A DNA stretch of 64,000 nucleotides from Macrostomum lignano (Eukaryota). The stretch covers positions 124,001 through 188,000 of the forward strand of contig NIVC01002067.1 in NCBI GenBank assembly GCA_002269645.1, read 5' to 3'. Below the pieces are notes generated by a model. That model was not told the origin of the DNA. It worked only from the letters and a program-made list of their open reading frames with translations, and did no database searches. The first letter of the stretch is position 1; each line of letters begins with the position of its first letter. The translations under genes were made by a program, and so were the position numbers. Positions 36,958 to 48,900 of this stretch are shown here, in pieces.

Positions 36958-39900
36958 TTAATTAGGCAGTTCGTTTTCAGTAGCATGAAATCCGTCATTG
37001 GATCTGCCTTCATTCTGATTGGTCGCTGTGACGGCCAGCGGCTTAGGATCCCCCTTGACAGCGGCTTTGCTGGACCCTGGGGCTGACAAAATTAAAGTTT
37101 TGAAAAATTCTAAAAATTGCGTGTGTTGGCTTCTTGGGAAAATGTCTGGGCAAGTATAATCAATTAGGAACCCGTTAGGAATCATCGAAGATGAAATTCC
37201 CACAGTGTCTAAAATGGAACCCAGCACAGTGTCAAAAATGGAACCCATAGTTTCTAAAATGAAATCCACAGTGCCTAAAATGAAATCCACAGTGTCTAAA
37301 ATGGAATCTACAGTGTCTAAAATGGAATCTACAGTGTCTAAAATGGAATCTACAGTGTCTAAAATGGAATCCACAGTGTCTAAAATGGTATCCATAGTGT
37401 CTAAAATGGTATCCACAGTGTCTAAAATGGAATCCACAGTGTCTAAAATGGTATCCACAGTGTCTAAAATGGTATCCACAGTGTCTAAAATGGTATCCAC
37501 AGTGTCTAAAATGGAATCCACAGTGTCTAAAATGGAATCCACAGTGTCTAAAATGGAATCTACAGTGTCTAAAATGGAATCCACAGTGTTTAAAATGGAA
37601 TCCACAGTGTCTAAAATGGAATCCACAGTGTCTAAAATGGAATCTACAGTGTCTAAAATGGAATCTACAGTGTCTAAAATGAAATCCACAAGGTCTAAAA
37701 TGGAATCCACAGTGTCTAAAATGGAATCCACAGTGTCTAAAATGGAATCTACAGTGTCTAAAATGGAATCCACAGTGTCTAAAATGGAATCCACAGTGTC
37801 TAAAATGGAATCCACAGTGTCTAAAATGGAACCCACAGTGTCTAAAATGGAATCCACAGTGTCTAAAATGGAATCTACAGTGTCTAAAATGAAATCCACA
37901 GTGTCTAAAATGGATCTCAGTGTCTAAAATGGAACCCTACCGTGTCTAAAATGGAACCCACAATGTCTGAAATGGAGCCCAGCACAGTGTCTAAAATGGA
38001 ACCCACAGTGTCTAAAATTTAACCCACAGTGCCTAAAATGGAACCCACAGTGTCTAAAATGAAACCCACAGTGTCTAAAATGGAATCCACAGTGTCTAAA
38101 ATGGATCTCAGTGTCTAAAATGGAACCCACAGTGTCTGAAATGGAACCCACAGTGATTAAAATGGAACCCAGCACAGTGTCTAAAATGGAATCCACAGTG
38201 TCTAAAATGGAATCCACAGTGCCTAAAATGAAATCCACAAGGTCTAAAATGGAATCTACAGTGTCTAAAATGGAATCCACAGTGTCTAAAATGGAATCCA
38301 CAGTGTCTAAAATGGAAACAGTGTCTAAAATGGAATCCACAGTGTCTAAAATGAAATCTACAGTGTCTAAAATGAAATCCACAGTGTCTAAAATGGATCT
38401 CAGTGTCTAAAATGGAACCCTACCGTGTCTAAAATGGAACCCACAATGTCTGAAATGGAGCCCAGCACAGTGTCTAAAATGAAACCCACAGTGTCTAAAA
38501 TGGAACCCACAGTGTCTAAAATGGTATCCACAGTGTCTAAAATGGAACCCAGTACAGTGTCTAAAATGAAATCCACAGTACCTAAAATGGAATCTACAGT
38601 ATATAAAATGGAACCCTACCGTGTCTAAAATGGAACCCACAATGTCTGAAATGGAACCCAGCACAGTGTCTAAAATGAAACCCACAGTGTCTAAAATGGA
38701 ACCCACAGTGTCTAAAATGGAACCCACAGTGATTAAAATGGAACCCAGCACAGTGTCTAGAATGGAATCCACAGTGTCTAAAATGGAACCCACAGTAACT
38801 AAAATGGAACCCAGCACAGTGTCTAAAATGGAACCCACAGTGTCTAAAATGGAACCCACAGTGTCTAAAATCGAACCCACAGTGTCTAAAATGAAATCCA
38901 CAGTGCCTAAAATGAAATCCACAAGGTGTAAAATGGAATCCACAGTGTCTAAAATGGAATCTACAGTGTCTAAAATGGAATCCACAGTGTCTAAAATGGA
39001 ATCCACAGTGTCTAAAATGGAATCCACAGTGTCTAAAATGGAACCCACAGTGTCTAAAATTTAACCCACAGTGCCTAAAATGGAACCCACAGTGTCTAAA
39101 ATGGAACCCACAGTGTCTAAAATGAAACCCACAGTGTCTAAGCATCTCAGCCACATGCACACTGTTCTGCTCAGTACAGTGTAAACTTACGATCACCAAT
39201 AGGCTGGGTGTAGCTTCGCTTCTCCAAGTAACTGACCAGGAATCTGTAGATGAAGGCGAGCTGACCCTAGGGTGCAAGCATGAGGTTTTTGTTGTGTCAT
39301 GACACACTCGAAACTCCATGACCAATTTTCTAAACCTCCCTAACCAGTTTTAAATCTGATGACCTACTTCGAAAGTTTGAATGACTCACTGGAATGTAAG
39401 CTAGATGACCATTTCCACTCATGACCTTTTTTACCCTATACATGTACCTTTGACACCCACGGTCATAATCCTCCCAAACTTATATGACCTTTTCCACCAT
39501 CCACGGCCTCCATGAATCCAGGCTTTACCTGGGTCTGCACCGTGACCCCAAATAAACCCTCACCTTGGTCTGCACCATGACCCCAAACCCTCACCTTGGT
39601 CTGCACCATGACCCCAAATAAACCCTCACCTTGGTCTGCACCATGACCCCAAACCCTCACCTTGGTCTGCACCATGACCCCAAACCCTCACCTTGGTCTG
39701 CACCGTGACCCCAAACCCTCACCTTGGTCTGCACCATGAGTTTGCGGCAGGCCCGCAGCTGCATGACCGTCTCAAACACGTTGATGGTTTTGGCGCCGCG
39801 CAGCTCCAGCGAGCGCACCAGGATGTCCAGCGCGATCAGGGTGCCGGTCCGGCCGACCCCGGCGCTGCAGTGCACGAGAATCGGCGGCTCGTCGTCGCTT

Positions 39901-42900
39901 CGCCTCAACTTCGGCGCGTAGCTGCGCATCTGGGCGAGGAAGTCGGCGAGGTCGTCGACATTCGGCACGTTGTAGTCAGCCCAGCCCAGGTAGAAGAGCT
40001 GCACCACCTGAAGCGGCTCCGTCTGGTTTCTACGCAGGTTGGAGGGGTTGGAAATAAATATTTGCAGAAAGGCTCGTACACACGCTCACACAGGGGGTGT
40101 GCCCTTATGAGTGTGAACCGCACGTGCACACACACAAGCCCCAAATGAATGTGGCCACGCAAGGAATAGAACCAGAGTCTGTTCGCCTGTCCCCTCGGTG
40201 GCGACGTCTCAGTCTTTAATAGCATGATGATTTTTATGTAGCATGATGAAGAAATGACACCAAAAATAGACTATTAGTCTATAACACTCGTACACTCGCA
40301 AGTCTTGCAAATCATCGTTAGCCCAAAAATAAAGATTGGCTCAGATTACCTAGAAGAGTAAATAGGACTTTTCGATCCGATTAGAAACACACACTTAGAA
40401 GAGTGGAACAGCGTACCTGCCCCAGCAGAAATACTTGGTATGTAAATTCGCTATTAAATATACACTTTACCTGTCGGCACTGCACGTGACCAGCATTTTC
40501 CGAACCGTATAAGTACCCAATGAACTTTCGCTGTCCAATACCACTTTGATGTCGTCGTAATATTCAGATTGGCCAACAGTTACTGGCCAGAAACGCTCGC
40601 ATTTCTTTTTCTCGCCTTCGAGGCACTGGGTTAGGGTTATAATGAGAGTCACCTTGTGCTGGTAGATCATGCGCCAGTGATCGTCTAGTGTGCCCGGCAG
40701 GGGGCCTTGGCTGGATATGAACTCTCTCTGGCGGTCCAGGCCCCTGATTTGAGGATGGGTGGGGTTGCAACTTCACTTGCTTTTTAGAAAACTTTGGAAG
40801 GCTGATTTTTTACGCAAAAAATGTACACACTTACCCCATACATCCAGCTCACCTAGTTCACTCTCCTAGTCCTATAGTGTACACCTAGTTCACTCTCTTA
40901 GTCGTATAGTGTACACCCAGTTCACTCTTCTAGTCGTATAGTGTACACCCAGTTCACTCTCCTAGTCGTATAGTGTACACCCAGTTCACTCTCCTAGTCG
41001 TATAGTGTACACCCAGTTCACTCTCCTAGTCCCATAGTGTACACCCAGCTCACTCTCCTAGTCCTATAGTGTACACTGTGTACAGTATGCAGTTAAAACT
41101 CGACCATTCCTTGTAATTTATATCTACGTGAACCAAACTGCATAACAAGCATGAATGTACACTGCTACAGGTACGCACCTACCCCTCTTCACCTCACCTG
41201 ATGTAGTTGGCATTGATATAATCATCTGGAGCCAAACCCGGGCCTTCGTAGTCGGATTCCAGAGTCACCCGAGTATGATCGTAGGGCAGGATGTCCGTGT
41301 ACCTGTTCTTAGCCCTGTTGCAGTCTTCCACAGCCGCATCGCAGGTGAACTTGTAGTGCTCCAACGCTGCGCACTCTTCCCGCATCTCTTCAAACTGCTG
41401 GTGAACCCCCAGCTCGCTGTCTCTCAGCATTGAAGCCGCGTAGAAACCAAACTCTTCAACTGCCACCCCGAGGCTTTCTAGGCGTCTTGGGAAAATTGAG
41501 ATGCAGAAATAATTAAGGCTGGATCTTGTCAAGGACTCAAAAGGGAATTAGATGCTCAAAAGAAGCTTATCACAACTCACTGCATGGGAATATCTCGCGA
41601 TTCCAGCCTTCCGCCTGAGGCGCCCATTCCAAGAAAGTGACGTCTTAAAAACAGCGACGCTGTCACGCCGACCACTGCAATAGCTAGAAACAACATTGTG
41701 CCGGTGAGGCCGACAGCCAATAAGCTAGAAGATACTCGTACCTCTGGTTCCGGTGTAGTCCTCACCTGGAATTGAGGCCATGTTGGGATGTTCGTTGGGA
41801 TTTGGATTAGGAACATATGCCAGAAACATACGCTTAGTTTACACCTAAGAATGTTTAACAACTATAGCAAAACACTTGTCTAACAGTTGTGTGCCTGTCT
41901 AACAGTTTCTAACTAACTAATAACGTGTCTAACTGTTGACATTGACCTGTCTAACACAACAACTGTAGCAATAACATAGGCAGTGTCCTGTCATCCATCA
42001 TAATATTTGTCTAAATTTAACATCTATATCTTTTTTACAGTAACTATAGCAAAGTGTGTATCACAGTTTAAAACCATTCAAAGAAAATAATTTTAACAAA
42101 AAAGAGATTATAAACTGTAATTAGGTATTTTCTTACCGAAGCCCACTGCACCTCGGACGCCTGGTTCTTGTAGACAGCCCAGTAGGTCAGGTTGTATTCG
42201 AAGCCCGGCATCAAATTGTAAAATATGATTTCACAGAAATGTTTTCTAACAACACAAGAATAATTTTGTTTTTCACCGGATAATCGTGCTTCCATTCGAT
42301 AAGAAGTAGTTCTCTCTTTGAAGGACGCAACTAATCTTCGACTGTCACTCGACTGTCTGTTCAGCGTTGGAGATTGCGGCTCTGTGGGGAGAATTGGTGC
42401 ATCGAATTTTTTGTTTGAAACATCATTAAAGCGAATAGCTAATCATGGACCAGAGGAGTCCGCAGAGCAGCAGCATGCAAATTCTGCAGCAGAAGTTCTG
42501 GTGGCAGAAGAAGCCGTGTTGGAATTGGCGCTGGATATCATCGAGGAAAACAGGCCCAGCAGCGCCCTGGTTGGCAGATGGACTTAGAGCAGATTGCGAT
42601 GTGGAATCTAAGGAGTGGAGTCGCTGAATGATGAGAACAATGCTGTAAACTTCCTCCAGCTAGCCAGCTAGCCTTCCTCTGACCCAAAGCAGGTCTGGAA
42701 CACGATCAAATGCCTCAGCAACGGCCAACAAGCAGCCCAGCCCAACGAGAACCTGGTGGTTGACAACCGAGAACTCTGCACTGACAAAGACAAATTCAAC
42801 GCCTTCGGCTGCTACTACGAGAGAATCAGCACGCTGAAGCACGACGCCACTCACCGCAAATTCAAGGTGAAAACGGCCAACCGCGCCTCGCCAACTATTC

Positions 42901-45900
42901 TGTCAATGACGACAACTACCGCCGTGATTTCACCGAAGGCGAACTTTGCAGAGAAGTCGACCGTCTGGACCCGAGCAAGAAGTGTAGCCTGGACGGCAGA
43001 GAAGCGGCTCTTTTCCTTCATCTGCCCGACAATTGACGCTCTCCTTGGCTCAAGTCTTTTTTCGCTGCTGGCGCACCGGCTCCCCGGCCCTCTTCTTACT
43101 TTACGTCAACGCCTGGACGGAGTTCACGACGCCAGAAGTTGAATACAGCGGGTATGCCGACGACATCGCCTTGTGGTCCACCGGAAGAGACGTCCGCGCC
43201 ATCTTGGATCGCATCCAGGACGCTCTCCAGCGGATCGAGAAGTGGGCTGACTTCCTGCGCGTCGATCTCAACCCAGCCAAAACCGAATGCTGCCGCCTCT
43301 TCAGTAGAGACCGTGCCGACCGGGATCGCGCCCTCCTCTATCGCTGTACGGCCACGGTATCCCACCCCTAAGCAAAAACTGAAGTTCCTTGGGGTCTGGA
43401 TCGACAGAGGACTTCTGTTCGACAGGCACACAAACACGGTCAAGGACAAGATGCAACGCAGAACAGCAATCATCCGCGCCCTTGCGCACTGGGAATGGGG
43501 CTGGGACCGCCCCCTGCTCCTTCGGGTCTACCGCGCCCTCCTCGAGTCGGTGGTCTAGCATGCCGCTGCAAAAACCCGCCTCGACGACCTCGATCGCGCT
43601 CAGAGAGAAGCGCTCAGGACCTTTACCGGGCTGCCTCGCTCTACTCCCGTCGAAGCCATCTACCTTGAGGCGAATGTCCACCCAATCAGTCTCTTGCTGA
43701 CCTACGAGAAAGTGTCCCGCCGCCCCATCGACGACCCGTTTCGGCGAATCTGCGATAGGCACCTGAACATCCGTCTGGCGGCTAACAAAGGCCTTCGCGA
43801 ACAAGCCAGAGCCTGCTGCAATGCCATGGTCGCTCTGCCTCGTCTGCCTTTTCCTCTCATCTGCCATCCTTCATGGGACTCTCTCATCGATTATGTAGTC
43901 CATCTGTTTACCAAGCTCCTGGAGTTCGAGGGCCCCGCGTCCGCGGCAGTGCTCTCCGCCATTGAGCTGCGCTGCCCCGCCTCGTACTGCCATCCTGGCG
44001 GACAGTCAGAGCGCCAGCGTCATCCAAGCGGACCAGCCCACGCTGAACTCCAGGCTCGAGACCGCTAAAGCTCTCCTTACTCAAGCGGCTCGCCGTACTC
44101 AGATGACCCTGCAGTGGGTGCCCGGGCACTCAGGGGTGCACGGCAACGAACTGGTCGATGCCGAAGCCAAAACCGCCGCTGCAGTCTGTCAGGAACAAGT
44201 CGAAATTTCGCCTCTAAAAAACGTATATCGGTCACCACCTCAAGTACCAACCCGGCCTGCACGGTCACCTGGAAGTGTACCGGCCGTGACCCGGTCTCGC
44301 TCGCGCCCGGTACTCGCCGGCAGCAGATGCTCGCCTCCCAAATCAGATCCGGCTGTCCCGAATCGTCCTACTACCGCATTGCCGAGAGGGGGAACCCTGT
44401 CGTCTCTGCAACCAGCCGGCCGAGCAATTCCTTATTCTGTGCGTGTCCGAAGCTCGATACTACCCGACGCATCATCGGCGTCACTTGTCTGCGCGACTTA
44501 GCACAAGGGGACGTGGTGGCACAGCTCTTGGGGGCCATCTACTGGCGGCCCCTCTGAGCTCACCAACGCATTCAACAACAATAACATCAGCAACAACACC
44601 AGCAACATCAGCAACAACACCAGCGACATCAGCAACAACACCAGCGACATCAGCAACAACACCAGCGAGAACACCAGCGACATCAGCAACAACACCAGCG
44701 ACAACACCAGCGAGAACACCAGCGACATCAGCAACTACACCAGCGAAGCAACAACACCAGCGACAACACCAGCGGCAAACCAGCGAAAACACCAGCGACA
44801 ACACCAGCGACAACACCAGCGACAACACCAGCGAAAACACCAGCGACAACACCAGCGACAACACCAGCGAAAACACCAGCGACAACACCAGCGAAAACAC
44901 CAGCGAAAACACCAGCGACAACACCAGCGAAAACACCAGCGACAACACCAGCGACAACACCAGCGAAAACACCAGCGACAACACCAGCGACAACACCAGC
45001 GAAAACACCAGCGACAACACCAGCGAAAACACCAGCGAAAACACCAGCGAAAACACCAGCGACAACACCAGCGACAACACCAGCGAAAACACCAGCGACA
45101 ACACCAGCGACAACACCAGCGACAACACCAGCGACAACACCAGCGAAAACACCAGCAACAACACCAGCGACAACACCAGCGACAACACCAGCGAAAACAC
45201 CAGCGAAAACACCAGCGAAAACACCAGCGACAACACCAGCGACAACACCAGCGAAAACACCAGCGACAACACCAGCGAAAACACCAGCGACAACACCAGC
45301 GACAACACCAGCGAAAACACCAGCGACAACACCAGCGACAACACCAGCGAAAACACCAGCGACAACACCAGCGAAAGCACCAGCGAAAACACCAGCGACA
45401 ACACCAGCGAAAACACCAGCGACAACACCAGCGACAACACCAGCGACAACACCAGCAACAACACCAGCAACAACACCAGCGACAACACCAGCGACAACAC
45501 CAGCGACAACACCAGCGACAACACCAGCGACAACACCAGCGAAAACACCAGCGACAACACCAGCGAAAACACCAGCGAAAACACCAGCGACAACACCAGC
45601 GACAACACCAGCGACAACACCAGCAACAACACCAGCAACAACACCAGCAACAACACCAGCGAAAACACCAGCGACAACACCAGCGACAACACCAGCGACA
45701 ACACCAGCAACAACACCAGCAACAACACCAGCGACAACACCAGCGACAACACCAGCAACAACACCAGCAACAACACCAGCGACAACACCAGCGACAACAC
45801 CAGCGACAACACCAGCGAAAACACCAGCGACAACACCAGCGAAAACACCAGCGAAAACACCAGCGAAAACACCAGCGACAACACCAGCGACAACACCAGC

Positions 45901-48900
45901 GACAACACCAGCAACAACACCAGCAACAACACCAGCAACAACACCAGCGAAAACACCAGCGACAACACCAGCGACAACACCAGCGACAACACCAGCAACA
46001 ACACCAGCAACAACACCAGCGACAACACCAGCGACAACACCAGCAACAACACCAGCAACAACACCAGCGACAACACCAGCGACAACACCAGCGACAACAC
46101 CAGCGACAACTGGTCTAAAAAACATTGAGCTTTGAGGGGATCTCAAAAACATTAGCTTTTGTATGCATAACAATAAACGATTTCGATCTACATTCATACT
46201 TGTCTCGTGTACAATTTCAAATTTGAGTGGGATCTTAGAGAGCAGGATCTGAGAGATTGGGATCCTGGGAGGTTGGGATCTGAGAGAGTGGGGTCTGAGA
46301 GAGCAGGATCTGAGAGATTGGGATCCTGGGAGGTTGGGATCTGAGAGAGTGGGGTCTGAGAGAGCAGGATCTGAGAGATTGGGATCCTGGGAGGTTGGGA
46401 TCTGAGAGAGTGGGGTCTGAGAGAGCAGGATCTGAGAGATTGGGATCCTGGGAGGTTGGGATCTGAGAGAGTGGGAACCGAGAGGGTGGGATCTGGCAGA
46501 TTGGGATCTGGGAGATTAGAATCTGAGAGTGAGATTTTTAATTTTGGGTAAGATTTTTGGGGATCTAAAGTGCTACTTGGAATCTGAGAATGAGATAGGC
46601 AAGATTGGAGTGAGATTGGGAAACTGGGTGAGATTAAAAATCTATAGTGATATTTGGGGTTGTTGTTAAACGGGGGAGGGAAGCTGGGCTTACCGCGGAT
46701 CAGCCCTAAAGGGGGCTCTGCCGCTAGTGGAGCACCGAAGAGTTTTTGGATAGACTACTTAAAGCGGTCCGAGAGCGGGGATACCCCGAAGTCAACGGAA
46801 ATGGCTTATCAATTGGAGTGAGTCTGGAAGGCTTGTTTCCGAAAGGGAGACTCCAGGCGGGAAGACCGGCCGCCTCTATTGCTACCAACCCAAGGGTTTA
46901 AGTTTATAAGTTTAGTTTAGTTTAGCGCTTATGAAGTTTAGCGCTTGTGAAGTTTAGCGCTTGTGAAGTTTAGCGCTTATGAAGTTTAGCGCTTGTGAAG
47001 TTTAGCGCTTATGAAGTTTAGCGCTTGTGAAGTTTAGCGCTTGTGAAGTTTAGCGCTTATGAAGTTTAGCGCTTGTGAAGTTTAGCGCTTGTGAAGTTTA
47101 GCGCTTGTGAAGTTTAGCGCTTGTGAAAGTAGGTGAGTTAGCGCTTATGAAAATTAGCGCTTGTGAAGCCTCCCCCTGAAACCCTCTAAACGCGCCTTTT
47201 GACACTACCCAATTTTTATTGCCTTTCTTGGAATTCCAGCCTAAAGCTGCCGTGTACATTCCAGTGGACTGGCTAATGTACATTACTGCTGAACCAATTA
47301 GCAATATGTTTACGCCTGCAAGCATGGGCTTCTAAAGTCAAAGTAATTTCAACTGCCTTTTTTAAAAATAAAAATAGCTTATGTATTCTTTGCTACTGAA
47401 CTGAAAGTAGAAAGCTGTTTTACTAAGTATATGACTGAGTGGCCCATCCACGAATAGCTATTTTAGTATCTAGTACCTGCGGCTTAAATCAACAGACAGA
47501 ATTTATTGCCCAACTATTAATAAATTGAAAAAAAGGATTAACTTTATTATCAAATGGCTAACCATTTATCAAATCACAAAGCTTATTCAAATGACTTATT
47601 AAATGACATGTCCCGATCCATAAAACTGAGAATGCAACAATAAACTTTTAGATTTGCCGAAACCGAACCTAACGATCGTCAGTGTGACAGCAACCAACGA
47701 TAGTAGTATAACAGCTGCTGCGCCGAAAAATTTCAATCAAACTTACGAAATTTGTTCCGAAGATAAGTGCAAAAATCTCTTAAAAGCAAACAATAGCGTT
47801 TGCTTTACGGGTCTCCAACCGGGTACTGTGTACACTCTGACTGTGCGAACAGTCAAAACTGCATTTCCTGCATCAGATGCAGGACTCAAGAAAGCAGACT
47901 CAACTTCCAAATTTCTGGTACTGTATTCAAAAGGAAATTTTAAATACAGAGGTTTCTCTTTACAACAGGGCCATCTCTGCTCTCTCAGCATTCGGATCCC
48001 TAATCTCACTGCCATATATACAATCTCACTACCACGTTTCCAATTTCCCTCCCAGCATCTCAATCTCCCCTGATCTCATTCGGGGAGGCTTCACAAGCGC
48101 TAAACTTCACAAGCGCTAAACTTCACAAGCGCTAAACTTCACAAGCGCTAAACTTCACTACCAACGCTTCAAGGTCACTATCCCCTCTAGGGAGAACGCC
48201 AACGACAGCTGGGCCCCTCAGGAGGTTCACTGCTTTACTGACGGATCCTCCAAAGACGGTTTATCCGGCTTTGGAGTCTGCGTCCTTATCAACGGACGCG
48301 TGATCGTCACTCACGCCCAACACACTGGCAGACTCTCCAGCGTCTTCCAGAATGAAGTCCTTGCCATCAGCTCCTGTGCAGCTGAGCTCCACTGCAGGGA
48401 CTTCAAGGACAGAAGAATATTCTTCCACCCTAACAGCCAGGCCGCTTTGCAGGCCCTGTGTCACACCACTACGAACTCCTGAACAGTCCGCGACTGTATC
48501 GGGCAGCTCAACAAGCTGGCTCGGAGGAACACCGTCCGGCTTACGTGGATCCCAGGACACGCCGGCTTCAAAGGTAACGAGCTCGCCGACTCCCTCGCTA
48601 AGGCGGGCTGTTCCGGCTCGCTCCTTGGCCCCGTGCCCCTGGCCCCCATCCCCGCCACTGTCATTAATCGTCAGATTAACGACTGGGCGGACATCCTGCA
48701 CTTGCGCAGATGGGATGGTATCTCCAACTGCCGCCAATCCCGTGCGGCAGTGCCCAATCCGTCCCTCAAGCTGCGGAGAATCCTTTTGAACCAAAATCGA
48801 AAAGATATCCGATCTTTCGAAATCGAAAAGATCTCTGCCCTTTCTGCAACCTCGAGAACGAAGACGCCAAGCACTTCGTCTGCTACTGCCCGGCCTTCAA

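Noticed and set aside
37083-39140. SKMESTV and ILDTVDS repeat ORFs
   Set aside because: They lie inside a well-defined phosphatase intron; only 36958-37082 is exon.
42420-42660. Acidic helical ORF fragment upstream of the LINE
   Set aside because: Stops in all frames within about 60 codons and no assignable homology.
44443-46197. 561-, 542- and 489-aa ORFs (SDNT, SLVL, VAGV repeats)
   Set aside because: Translations of the 12-bp array following a LINE tail; no splice or start context.
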